In this document: one piece after another, positions 30,605 to 41,920 of the stretch
Layout: each line of letters opens with the position of its first letter
Position numbering within the stretch: the stretch's first letter is position 1
From: Candidatus Dadabacteria bacterium
GTDB lineage: Bacteria; Desulfobacterota_D; UBA1144; Nemesobacterales; UBA2774
Length of the DNA stretch: 64,000 bases
Assembly (NCBI GenBank): GCA_020849425.1
Contig: JADLGH010000094.1
Coordinates: 5,854-69,853 of the forward strand
Reading direction: 5' to 3'
Translations under genes and position numbers: made by a program
Notes under the pieces: generated by a model
Databases searched by the model: none
The model's input: the letters and a program-made list of their open reading frames with translations, nothing else
What the model was told of the DNA's origin: nothing

Positions 30605-30726
30605 GTAAACTAGAATGAAAGAAATAGCAAGAGGTCATTTTTATTAAATGGAAATAATTACCATGACTGTGTCCCCCCTGACATGACCCCGTATTATGAT
30701 AGAATTTCCCTTGTGGTAGCCCCTGT

Positions 30727-32007
30727 ATGACGATAAAAGACGCCAATTCCTACCTGGACTCCCTCGGATTCCACAAGATAAAACCCGGCCTCGAAAGGAT
30801 AAGGGCCCTCCTCCGAAGGCTCGGAAACCCGCAGGATAAAGTCCCGGCCGTCATCGTGGGCGGCACGAACGGCAAGGGCTCGGTGACGTCCGCGATTTCG
30901 TCCGTTCTGAGGGCCGAAGGCTACCTCACCGGGGACTACACCTCCCCCCACCTCGTCGGCATCACCGAAAGGATAAAGCTGGGCGGCGAAGAGATAAGCC
31001 AGGACGACCTCGCCCGGATCATATTCCGCGTCAGGGAAGCGGCGGACGCCGAGGGCGAATCGCCGAGCTACTTCGAGGTCGTCACGGCGGCGGCATTCGT
31101 CTATTTCGCCGGGCGCGGCGCGGATTTCATGGTACTCGAAGTCGGCATGGGAGGGAGGTGGGATGCGACGAACGTCACGACCCCGCTCGTCTCCGTCATA
31201 ACCAACGTCTCCATGGACCACACCGAATACCTCGGCCGCACGATACCCGCGATCGCACTCGAAAAGGCCTGCATAATAAAGCCCGGCGCCCCCGTCGTCA
31301 CCGCCGCCCGTGGGAGCGCCCTCGGCGTTATCACGGGCTACGCCCGCGAGACGGGGTCCCCTGTTTACGTACGGGGCAGGGATTTCAGGTCCTCCGGCAC
31401 CGGCACTTCCAGCTTCTCATGGTCGGGGAGGGAATGGAATCTCCCCGGGCTCGCATCCAACCTCGCAGGCCTCTACCAGATAGAGAACCTCTCGGTCGCG
31501 CTGGCCGCCCTCGAAGCCCTCGTCCTCGACCGCGGCGTCGGGATAAGCGAGGCGGCCGTAAGGGCGGGCCTCACCGATATAAGATGGCCCGGGCGGCTCG
31601 AAACCCTTCGCGAATCCCCGCCCCTCATACTCGACAGCGCGCACAACCCGGGCGGCGGCAGGGCGCTCGTAAAATCCCTCCGGGCTCTCTACCCGGAAAC
31701 GAAGCTCGCCTTCCTCGTCGGTATGCTCGACGACAAGCGGCACGCCCCGTTCTTAAAGGAGATAGCCGGGGTCGCCGGAAGGCTCATAATCACGGAAGTC
31801 CCGTCGTCGAGGACGACACCCGCGGAAAAGCTCCTGGCGGCGGCTTCGAAATACGCCGCCTGCGAGATAACGGTCGTAAAAGATTACGCCGAGGCGTACG
31901 GCAGGCTCCTCGCCCTAGACGAGCCCTCCTGCATCGCGGGCTCGATATACCTCGCGGGCGCGATAAGGAAGCTCATACAAACCGGCGAGCGGGCCCGCGT
32001 CCTTTGA
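30727..32007 (+). CDS. folC: bifunctional folylpolyglutamate synthase / dihydrofolate synthase
   Basis: Mur-ligase P-loop VGGTNGKGS and FolC-type pattern (DGAHNP-like DSAHNPGG). Confidence 0.85.
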   Translation: MTIKDANSYLDSLGFHKIKPGLERIRALLRRLGNPQDKVPAVIVGGTNGKGSVTSAISSVLRAEGYLTGDYTSPHLVGITERIKLGGEEISQDDLARIIFRVREAADAEGESPSYFEVVTAAAFVYFAGRGADFMVLEVGMGGRWDATNVTTPLVSVITNVSMDHTEYLGRTIPAIALEKACIIKPGAPVVTAARGSALGVITGYARETGSPVYVRGRDFRSSGTGTSSFSWSGREWNLPGLASNLAGLYQIENLSVALAALEALVLDRGVGISEAAVRAGLTDIRWPGRLETLRESPPLILDSAHNPGGGRALVKSLRALYPETKLAFLVGMLDDKRHAPFLKEIAGVAGRLIITEVPSSRTTPAEKLLAAASKYAACEITVVKDYAEAYGRLLALDEPSCIAGSIYLAGAIRKLIQTGERARVL

Positions 32008-32063
32008 GCACGCCGCATAGTGTGCTACGATTCTAGCACATCCCCCTTCGGAGGCCGCGCCCG

Positions 32064-33098
32064 ATGCCAAAAGTAGGAATAGTCATAGACAAGCTCTTCG
32101 TCGATCACGATAACGGCATGGGCCATCCCGAAACGAGCGAGCGGATACTCGCCATCGCCGATATGCTGAGGCACACAGGCATGAGGGACGAGGTCACGAT
32201 ACTCGAGCCGAGGGACGCCTCGAAGGAAGAGATAACCCTCGTCCACGCGCCGGAATATTTCGACAGGATAGCGTCCACCAGGGGAAAGCCGCGCGTATTC
32301 CTCGACGCCGACACGACCACGAGCCCGGCCTCTTTCGATGCGGCATCGAGGGCGGCGGGCGGTATGCTCTCGTCGATAGACGCGATACTCGAAGGCAGGC
32401 TCGACCGCGCCTTCCCGTTCGTAAGGCCGCCCGGGCACCATGCCGAGGCGGATAAGGCCATGGGATTCTGCCTCTTTAACAACGTCGCCGTCGGCGCCGC
32501 GTACCTGACGCAGGTAAAAGGCGTCGAGCGGGTGCTGATAGTCGATTGGGACGTCCACCACGGGAACGGCACACAGCACATGTTCTACGGGAGGAGCGAC
32601 GTCCTCTACTTCTCTACGCACCAGTTCCCATTCTATCCCGGCACCGGGGCGCTCGCCGAAACGGGTTCCGGAGAGGGCGAGGGATATACCGTGAACGTCC
32701 CGCTAAAGGAAGGAATGGGCGACGCCGAATACCTCAAGATATTCTCCGAGATTCTTGGCCCGGTCATCGAGCAGTACAGGCCCGGCTTCATACTCGTCTC
32801 GGCCGGGTTCGACACCTTCTTCGAAGACCCCCTCGGCGGGATGCGCGTCACGCCCGAGGGCTTCGCACGCCAGGCGAGGTTCATGCTCGATGCCGCCGGG
32901 AAACACTCGGGCGGCAATATAGCGTTCATACTCGAAGGCGGATACAACCTCGACGGCCTCTGGATTTCGACCAAGGAAGTGCTCGAAGAGCTCCTCGACA
33001 AGAAACGGAGCGATTACGACACGGGCGGCGGGGCGACCGCTGCGGACGACGTAATAGAGCAGGTGAAAAAGGAGCACTCCCGGTACCGGGAGTTCTAG
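32064..33098 (+). CDS. histone deacetylase family (class II HDAC/AcuC-like) deacetylase
   Basis: Has RPPGHHAEADKAMGFCLFNNVA, DWDVHHGNGTQ and GGYN. Confidence 0.85.
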   Translation: MPKVGIVIDKLFVDHDNGMGHPETSERILAIADMLRHTGMRDEVTILEPRDASKEEITLVHAPEYFDRIASTRGKPRVFLDADTTTSPASFDAASRAAGGMLSSIDAILEGRLDRAFPFVRPPGHHAEADKAMGFCLFNNVAVGAAYLTQVKGVERVLIVDWDVHHGNGTQHMFYGRSDVLYFSTHQFPFYPGTGALAETGSGEGEGYTVNVPLKEGMGDAEYLKIFSEILGPVIEQYRPGFILVSAGFDTFFEDPLGGMRVTPEGFARQARFMLDAAGKHSGGNIAFILEGGYNLDGLWISTKEVLEELLDKKRSDYDTGGGATAADDVIEQVKKEHSRYREF

Positions 33099-33103
33099 AG
33101 ACG

Positions 33104-33934
33104 TCAGGCCTTCCGGGCCTTCTTCCTGTAATCCTTGCCTTCCAGATAAAGGAACTCGCACATCTCGAAGAGGCGCGACGCTATCCTCTCCCCTACCCTC
33201 GCTTCGAGAATCTCCGTCGTGTCGCCCTTCTCGCGGGCTATCTCGCGCGTGACGTAGTTGGTCGTGGCGAGCGTCTGCCGCGAGGCGTTATAGCGCTTGG
33301 AAATGAGCTGGTCGAGGATGTTGAGCTCCCACTCGCTGCTCCTCCCCTTGCCGAGCTCGTCTATGACGAGCACCTCGGCCTCTACGAGCGGCGAGATAAC
33401 GTCGTTCTCGGGTATGCCCTCGGAATAGGCCTGCTTCAGCTCCGAAAGTAGATAGAAGAAGTCCTTGAACATGCACTTCACGCCGTGCCCGAGCGTGAGC
33501 TCCGCAATGGTGCCGACGGCGAGGTGGGTCTTCCCGAGCCCTGAAGCCCCCATGAGCAGGAACCCCTTCCTGGTCGGGAATTTCTTTACGAACTCCTCCT
33601 TGGCGTATATGAGCGCCTTCTGGAGGGATTCGTTCATCGACCCGGGCGCGAGCCCGGCGTCCACCTGGTGGACGTGATAATACTTGGCCGGGATGCCCGC
33701 GCCGTTATAGAGCTTTACGTTCTGCCTCACGACCCCGCACGCCGGGCACGAGGATATCTTCTCGTACCCCTTGTCGTTACGCCTCATGACGTTGCCGCTG
33801 CCCCCGCAAACCCCGCATCCCGCCACGCATTCGCAGAGGACGGCCCGGGCGTAGTTCCCGCTCGTCCTGACCGTGTAACCGGCGTGGTGACAGTCGTCGC
33901 ACCCGGCGGATATTTTCTTCTTTCCCTTGAGCAT
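33104..33934 (-). CDS. DnaC/DnaI-type AAA+ ATPase with N-terminal DnaJ-type zinc finger
   Basis: N-terminus carries CDDC, CGVCGGSG (CxxCxGxG) and CPAC. AAA+ core has Walker A GASGLGKTH, Walker B VLVIDELG, sensor ATTN and Arg RIASRL. Confidence 0.7.
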   Translation of the reverse strand: MLKGKKKISAGCDDCHHAGYTVRTSGNYARAVLCECVAGCGVCGGSGNVMRRNDKGYEKISSCPACGVVRQNVKLYNGAGIPAKYYHVHQVDAGLAPGSMNESLQKALIYAKEEFVKKFPTRKGFLLMGASGLGKTHLAVGTIAELTLGHGVKCMFKDFFYLLSELKQAYSEGIPENDVISPLVEAEVLVIDELGKGRSSEWELNILDQLISKRYNASRQTLATTNYVTREIAREKGDTTEILEARVGERIASRLFEMCEFLYLEGKDYRKKARKA

Positions 33935-33941
33935 CCGGCCT

Positions 33942-34595
33942 CTATACCACGCTCTTTATCGAATATCTCTCGCTCAGTATTTCGTTCCTGAACGACGCCA
34001 CGCTCTCGGCGTAGGCCCTCTCGGTCATGCGCCTCGCCCGGCCCCCGAGCCTTTCCCGGGCCTCGGCCTCTATCTTCTCCCTCTCATCCTCGGGAAGGGA
34101 GCCGAAGAGCTCGTCCATGGCCTCGCCAACGAGCTCCGAAAGCGGCTTCGATCCCGCGTCGTCCCCGCCTTCCGACCGGAGGATCGCCGTCCTGAGGCTC
34201 ACATAATACCCCCTCACGGGCCCACGCTCTTCGGCTTCTATGAGCCTTCCGAGCCTCTCGGTTACGGAGAGCACGCTCCCGTAGGCGGCGCTCTCGTCAC
34301 GGGCGCTCCCCTTTGCTACAGCGACCGCATGGCCGTATTCGGCGGCGCACGTCTCGACGTACTCGGCGCACTGCCTGAGCCCCCTTATCCGCCCGCCCGG
34401 TATGCGCCTCGGCCCCTTGTCGCCGAAGGCCCGGCTTATGCCCCTCATCACTATCTCCTCCGGGATATTCCCGTCCCTCCATCCTCGTATGAGGTCGTAA
34501 TCTATGGACGAGAGCATTATCCCCTCGCCTGCGAGCGAAAGGAAATACTCTTCCACATTTTTAATATAGCTTGCCCCCGGATTCATACCTGGCAT
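33942..34595 (-). CDS. hypothetical protein, possibly a DnaD/DnaB_2-like replication-associated domain
   Basis: 217 aa, 7 nt upstream of the DnaC-like gene on the same strand. The motif DYDLIRGWRDGNIPEEIVMRGI resembles DnaD-type C-terminal domains. The functional call is weak. Confidence 0.45.
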   Translation of the reverse strand: MPGMNPGASYIKNVEEYFLSLAGEGIMLSSIDYDLIRGWRDGNIPEEIVMRGISRAFGDKGPRRIPGGRIRGLRQCAEYVETCAAEYGHAVAVAKGSARDESAAYGSVLSVTERLGRLIEAEERGPVRGYYVSLRTAILRSEGGDDAGSKPLSELVGEAMDELFGSLPEDEREKIEAEARERLGGRARRMTERAYAESVASFRNEILSERYSIKSVV

Positions 34596-34655
34596 ATCAA
34601 TTTTAAACCAATAACGGCCCGACCGGAAGCGCGCGGCTACGCGCCCGTGAGAAAC

Positions 34656-35327
34656 CTACTCTCCCGAGGCCGCCTTCTTCATGAGCGAGATCGTCTCGGC
34701 GTAGCTCTCCGTGTGGAATATGCCCGAGCCCGAGACTATGGCGTCCGCGCCGGCTTCGGCTATGACGCGTATGTTGTCGAGCTTTATGCCGCCGTCTACC
34801 TCTATGAGAGGCTTATGCTCCGAGCGGTCTATTATCTCCCGGAGCTTTCTGACCTTGGGGACCATCGACTGTATGAACTTCTGCCCGGCGAATCCCGGCT
34901 CGACGGTCATTATCAATATCATGTCCACGTACTCGAAGACCTCTTCGAGGGCGGAAAGGGGCGTCGCCGGGTTGAGCGCCACGCCCGCGTGCACGCCGCG
35001 CGATTTGATCGCCGATATCGTGCTGTAAAGGAGCCTGCAGGTCTCTATCTGGACGGTTATCCCGCGGACGGCGTCGCCGCCGGCGTCGATGAACTTCTCG
35101 GCGAACTCGTCCGGGTTGTCTATCATAAGGTGTATGTCCATCGGCGGCGGGTCGCACCCGGCCAGCGATTCGACGACAGGGATCCCGATGCTTATATTCG
35201 GCACGAAATGCCCGTCCATGACGTCCACGTGGATCCAGTCCGCCCCGGCGTCCCTGACCGCACGCACCTCGTCCCCGAGCTTGGCGAAATCCGCAGAAAG
35301 TATCGACGGCACTATCAATTTTTTCAT
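34656..35327 (-). CDS. rpe: ribulose-phosphate 3-epimerase
   Basis: Has PSILSADFAKLGDEV, HVDVMDGHFVPN and VDGG. Confidence 0.95.
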   Translation of the reverse strand: MKKLIVPSILSADFAKLGDEVRAVRDAGADWIHVDVMDGHFVPNISIGIPVVESLAGCDPPPMDIHLMIDNPDEFAEKFIDAGGDAVRGITVQIETCRLLYSTISAIKSRGVHAGVALNPATPLSALEEVFEYVDMILIMTVEPGFAGQKFIQSMVPKVRKLREIIDRSEHKPLIEVDGGIKLDNIRVIAEAGADAIVSGSGIFHTESYAETISLMKKAASGE

Positions 35328-35472
35328 TTTATCCTTCCCGTAACCTGTTTCCCGGGCCTGCCCGCCCCGGATTTAAGGCTACGGATTATACCATGCCCCG
35401 CACTCATGTGGAAAAATCACGCCTCCGCCGGCCGAATCCCTGGCGGTGACGGCCCCTCCCCGCCCGGCTTTC

Positions 35473-35501
35473 TTGACAGAGCTTTTAAAACTATTTACGA
35501 T
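35473..35501 (+). promoter_or_regulatory. candidate sigma70-type promoter of metK
   Basis: TTGACA (35473-35478), 17-nt spacer, TACGAT (35496-35501), 47 nt before ATG 35549. Confidence 0.5.
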
Positions 35502-35548
35502 ATCCGCTTTTGTTGTCGAATACTCATTCCATGCAAAGGACTTAATAC

Positions 35549-38009
<2,461 letters not shown>

Positions 38010-38028
38010 TATAGTAAAATGAATTCAA

Positions 38029-38916
38029 ATGGACGACCTCCTCGACTCGTTTCTTTCGTACCTCGTGGTTGAAAAGGGTCTTTCCGAAAATACGCTGGAA
38101 TCATACGGGAGGGACCTTAAAAAGTTCCTCCTTTTTATTAAATCGAGGGGCACGACCTCGGCCCGCGAAATCAAATACGGCGACATCCTCGACTTTATGA
38201 CTCGTTCCCGCGAGGAAGGGCTTAACGCGACGACCATAGTCAGGAGCATGGTCTCGGTGAAGCAGTTCTTCAAGTACCTCCTGTCCGAAAAAGTGCTGTC
38301 CGAGGACCCGACCGCTCACATCAAAACCCCGAAGATGAAAAAGGCGATACCAGGCGTCATATCCTTAGGCGACGTCGAGAGCATCCTCGCCGCGCCCGAC
38401 GAATCGCTGCCCGAGGGGCTCCGCGACGCCGCCATGCTCGAGATACTCTACGCCACCGGCATAAGGGTGTCCGAGCTCATAGGGCTCAAGCTGAACGACG
38501 TCAACTTCGAGCTCGGTTTCGTCGTCGTTTACGGCAAGGGGTCCAAGGAGCGCGTCGTCCCCATAGGGGACAAGGCCAGGGAGAAGCTCCTGTCGTACCT
38601 CCGCGATTCGAGGCCGGCGCTGCTCAAGGCCCGGGAATCGAAGGCCCTCTTCGTCACGCGGCGGGGCGCGGGAATGACGCGCCAGGGGTTCTGGAAGATA
38701 ATAAAGGCCCAGGCGCTAAGGGCAGGCGTCACGAAGAAGATAAGCCCACACACGCTAAGGCACTCGTTCGCGACGCATCTTTTAGAGCGCGGGGCCGACT
38801 TAAGGACGATACAGGTCATGCTCGGGCATTCGGACATCTCGACGACCCAGATTTACACACACGGCGAGAGCGAGCGGCTCAAGGAGATTCACAAAAAATA
38901 CCACCCGAGATCGTAA
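38029..38916 (+). CDS. xerD: site-specific tyrosine recombinase XerD
   Basis: Recognisably similar along its length to XerD as recalled (LSENTLESYGRDL, LYATGIRVSEL, HTLRHSFATHLL, GHSDISTTQIYTH). Confidence 0.85.
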   Translation: MDDLLDSFLSYLVVEKGLSENTLESYGRDLKKFLLFIKSRGTTSAREIKYGDILDFMTRSREEGLNATTIVRSMVSVKQFFKYLLSEKVLSEDPTAHIKTPKMKKAIPGVISLGDVESILAAPDESLPEGLRDAAMLEILYATGIRVSELIGLKLNDVNFELGFVVVYGKGSKERVVPIGDKAREKLLSYLRDSRPALLKARESKALFVTRRGAGMTRQGFWKIIKAQALRAGVTKKISPHTLRHSFATHLLERGADLRTIQVMLGHSDISTTQIYTHGESERLKEIHKKYHPRS

Positions 38917-38968
38917 TCTCCCCGGGATCGAGTATATTATTCTCCATCCGTAACGGCTCAAACAACCT

Positions 38969-39655
38969 ATGAATTTCGACTTTTTAAAGAATATTGACCT
39001 CCTCTTGATACAGGCCCCGGTGATACTCCTGTCCCTCACCGTGCACGAATACTTCCACGGCTGGACGGCCAACAAGCTCGGCGACCCGACGGCAAAGATG
39101 CAGGGGAGGCTCACCCTCAACCCCATCGCGCACCTCGACATCTTGGGGACCATACTCATGTTCATCGTCGGCTTCGGGTGGGCGAAGCCCGTCCCTATAG
39201 ACCCCCGGAACTTCAAGGACCCGAAGAAGGACACGATTCTCGTCGCGATAGCGGGCCCCCTGTCCAACCTCGTAATGGCGCTCGCGGCGGGGCTCGCGCT
39301 AAGGTACATGATCCCGAAAATGGTCAGCGGCGAGATAAGCTCCGAAGGGATTTATCCCGTAATCGCCATAATACTCATACTGACCCTCGTCTACGGCATA
39401 GCCCTGGCCGTATTCAACATGATCCCGATACCGCCCCTCGACGGCTCGCGCGTTCTTTACGGCGTACTGCCCGCGCGCTACGCCTACGCCTACAGCAGGT
39501 TCGAGCCCTATGGCGTCCTCTTTCTCTTCGCGCTTTTCATATTCGGCGGCGGGGTGTTCAAATACCTGCTCGTCCCGGTCTCCCACCTTACTGTAATGCT
39601 CTCGGGATACAATTACGGCACGCTTTGGGGTATTATAAGTGCGTTGCTGAAATGA
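38969..39655 (+). CDS. site-2 protease family (M50) membrane metalloprotease
   Basis: Has HEYFHGW (HExxH), multiple TM helices, and the second zinc-ligand region NMIPIPPLDGS. Confidence 0.8.
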   Translation: MNFDFLKNIDLLLIQAPVILLSLTVHEYFHGWTANKLGDPTAKMQGRLTLNPIAHLDILGTILMFIVGFGWAKPVPIDPRNFKDPKKDTILVAIAGPLSNLVMALAAGLALRYMIPKMVSGEISSEGIYPVIAIILILTLVYGIALAVFNMIPIPPLDGSRVLYGVLPARYAYAYSRFEPYGVLFLFALFIFGGGVFKYLLVPVSHLTVMLSGYNYGTLWGIISALLK

Positions 39656-40431
39656 ACCGAAACGCCGGACACGAAGCCGAATCGATGCAGACCCATGAGC
39701 CGTGCCTCGTAAAGGTACAGCTCTTCGAGGGCCCGCTCGACCTCCTGCTTCACCTCATAAAGAAAAACGAAGTAGACATCTACGACATCCCGATCGCCGT
39801 AATCACGGAGCAGTACATCGAGTACCTCGAATTCATGAAGGACATCGACCTTCAAATCGTCGGTGAATACCTCGTCATCGCGGCCGAGCTCAGCCTGATT
39901 AAATCGCGGATGCTCCTTCCGAAGCCCGTCATCGAGGAGGACGAGACCGACCCCCGCGCCGAGCTCGTAAAGAGGCTCATCGAATACCAGAAGTACAAGG
40001 ACGCGGCGTCGGACCTCATCGAAAGGCCCATACTCGGGCGCGACGTTTTCAAGAGGGACTTCGACGGCTCCGAGGCCGTCGTCGAGGAAGAGATCGAGCT
40101 CGTCCCCGTCAGCCTCTGGGCGCTCATCGAGACATTCCGGGAATTCTACAACCGGAGGAGCCACCTCTGGACGGAAGATATAGTCTACGAGGTCGAGAGC
40201 GTAACCATCGAGGAAAAGATACACGAAATAACCTCGAGGCTCCTCGAGAGGCGCACCATGAAGTTCACCGAATTCCTCGACGACTGCTCGTCGAAATTCG
40301 ACCTCGTCCTCACGTTCCTCGCGATTCTCGAGCTCGCGAGGATGGAGAACATCAGGGTCTCGCAGGAGAGCCACGAAGGCGACATCATCATATCCCACCA
40401 CACCGGAGAGAGCGAGCTTGGAGCCTACTGA
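39652..40431 (+). CDS. scpA: segregation and condensation protein A
   Basis: The ORF-track frame opens at 39178 inside the M50 gene. ATG 39652 overlaps the M50 stop (ATGA). ScpA motif FEGPLDLLLHLIKKNEVDIYDIPIAVIT. Confidence 0.85.
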   Translation: MNRNAGHEAESMQTHEPCLVKVQLFEGPLDLLLHLIKKNEVDIYDIPIAVITEQYIEYLEFMKDIDLQIVGEYLVIAAELSLIKSRMLLPKPVIEEDETDPRAELVKRLIEYQKYKDAASDLIERPILGRDVFKRDFDGSEAVVEEEIELVPVSLWALIETFREFYNRRSHLWTEDIVYEVESVTIEEKIHEITSRLLERRTMKFTEFLDDCSSKFDLVLTFLAILELARMENIRVSQESHEGDIIISHHTGESELGAY

Positions 40432-40993
40432 CATCAAGAAGGCCGTAGAGGCCGTGATATTCATATCCGACCAGCCCGTTACCGTGGACAAGCTCATGCA
40501 GGTCTTCACGGAGCTCGAGCGCGCGGACATCAAGAAGCACGTAAAGGAGCTCATCGAGGAGTGGTCCGGATTCGGCAGAGGGTTCAGGCTCGAGGAAGTG
40601 GCCGGCGGCTACCAGTTCAGGACCAACCCGGCTCATTCCGAGTTCATAGCGAGCTTCAACAAGAAGGTCCGGAAATTCAGGCTCAGCCGCGCGGCGCTCG
40701 AAGTAATAGCCATAATCGCCTACAAGCAGCCCGTCACGAAAGTCGAGGTCGAAAGCATAAGGGGCGTCGATTCCTCGGGGGTCATCAACGCCCTTCTCGA
40801 AAGGCGCATACTCGAAATAAAGGGGCGGAAAGAGGTCATCGGAAAGCCCTTCCTTTACGGGACGACCGAGGAGTTCCTCGAGGTGTTCGGGCTCAAGAGC
40901 CTGAGCGACCTCCCGACGCTCAAGGAAATAGACGACATCAGCAAGAACCTCGACCCCGGCATATCCCCAAACCCCGAGGTCGCCGCCGAATGA
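40418..40993 (+). CDS. scpB: segregation and condensation protein B
   Basis: TTG start overlapping the scpA end by 14 nt. Has AVEAVIFISDQPVT, GGYQFRT and the winged-helix repeat pattern. Confidence 0.85.
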   Translation: MEPTDIKKAVEAVIFISDQPVTVDKLMQVFTELERADIKKHVKELIEEWSGFGRGFRLEEVAGGYQFRTNPAHSEFIASFNKKVRKFRLSRAALEVIAIIAYKQPVTKVEVESIRGVDSSGVINALLERRILEIKGRKEVIGKPFLYGTTEEFLEVFGLKSLSDLPTLKEIDDISKNLDPGISPNPEVAAE

Positions 40994-41019
40994 CGCGGCC
41001 CGGCACGGAGGGATAGGCA

Positions 41020-41802
41020 GTGACACCCGAAGAAGCCTTCGGCGAGACGAGACGTTTCCTTTCCGAATCCGGGTTCAATATATTCCTCAAAATAAGGGCC
41101 TTCGATTATGACGGCGATGTATCGTCCGAAAGGAAGTCGGGCAGGATACTGGACGGGGCGAAATCGATAATACTCGCCGGCTTCGGCGGCAATTCCTTCT
41201 GGAAAACTCTGAGCACATACCTCGACGGGAATCCGGACTTCCGGGAAAAGCACACGGACCTCATAGACGCCTACACGGCCCTCAACATGAGCCGAGCGGG
41301 CGAGGTTCTGGATTCGGCAGGCGTCCGTTATGAGCTCGCGTACCCCTTCGGCGAGAACGCCCTGGCCCTGGATTTCGCCGCGCTCGGCAGGCTCGGGGGC
41401 GCGGGCGTCGGGAGCCTCCTCGGAATACTGATCCACCCCGTCTTCGGCACGTGGATTTCCCTCCGGGCCGCCATAATCACCGACTCCGAATTCGCCGAAT
41501 ACGACAGGCCGCTCGAAGGGTTCGACCCCTGCCCTTCCTGCGACAAGCCCTGTATCACGGCCTGCCCGGCTCATACGATATCGGAAGACGGCTGGGACTG
41601 GCAGGCGTGCATGGAGTGGCGGCTCGATACGGACGAGTGCTCCGAAAGCTGCGCCTCGCGGGTCGCATGCCCGTGGGGGGCCGGGGAGAGATACAGCCCC
41701 GAGCAAATGGCCTATCACCATTCCTTCGTGATGAAGAGCGTACGGGCGTATTTCGCCGGGCGCCCCGGCCGCCGACGCCACCGGGGAAAGACAACGCCGT
41801 AA
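41020..41802 (+). CDS. 4Fe-4S cluster protein, QueG/reductive-dehalogenase-like C-terminal core
   Basis: IHPVFGTWISLRAAIITD followed by CPSCDKPCITACP and a second Cys cluster (CSESCASRVACP). At 260 aa it is shorter than canonical QueG. Confidence 0.45.
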   Translation: MTPEEAFGETRRFLSESGFNIFLKIRAFDYDGDVSSERKSGRILDGAKSIILAGFGGNSFWKTLSTYLDGNPDFREKHTDLIDAYTALNMSRAGEVLDSAGVRYELAYPFGENALALDFAALGRLGGAGVGSLLGILIHPVFGTWISLRAAIITDSEFAEYDRPLEGFDPCPSCDKPCITACPAHTISEDGWDWQACMEWRLDTDECSESCASRVACPWGAGERYSPEQMAYHHSFVMKSVRAYFAGRPGRRRHRGKTTP

Positions 41803-41920
41803 AATACCGGTAGAATTAAGCGCGTTAAGTAATCGAAATCCATAAATAACAGGGCCGGATATATGCCCGCTCGTCTTCGTGCGGAGACGCGGGGAATGCA
41901 TCCCGGGCACCCGGATTCAT

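Noticed and set aside
33104-33934. IstB-like ATPase as part of an IS21-family element.
   Set aside because: There is no IstA transposase and no terminal inverted repeats. The N-terminal zinc finger and the conserved partner gene argue for a cellular DnaC/DnaI-like role.
35328-35548. Possible SAM riboswitch upstream of metK.
   Set aside because: The leader after the predicted -10 is only about 47 nt, and no SAM-I/II/IV-like conserved helices are visible.
38029-38916. Tyrosine recombinase as a marker of a mobile element or integron.
   Set aside because: It resembles housekeeping XerD along its full length. It is embedded in a segregation gene cluster, and there is no att-like repeat or cargo.
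39178-40431. N-terminal extensions of track ORFs that overlap the preceding gene: 39178 (scpA), 49425 (third YVTN), 5665 (lutC), 41879 (der), 59294 (cbiX), 62619 (DMT).
   Set aside because: The extended parts are Arg/Gly-rich and overlap well-supported genes. Internal starts give canonical N-termini (signal peptide, P-loop, TM helix) and often ATGA/GTGA coupling.
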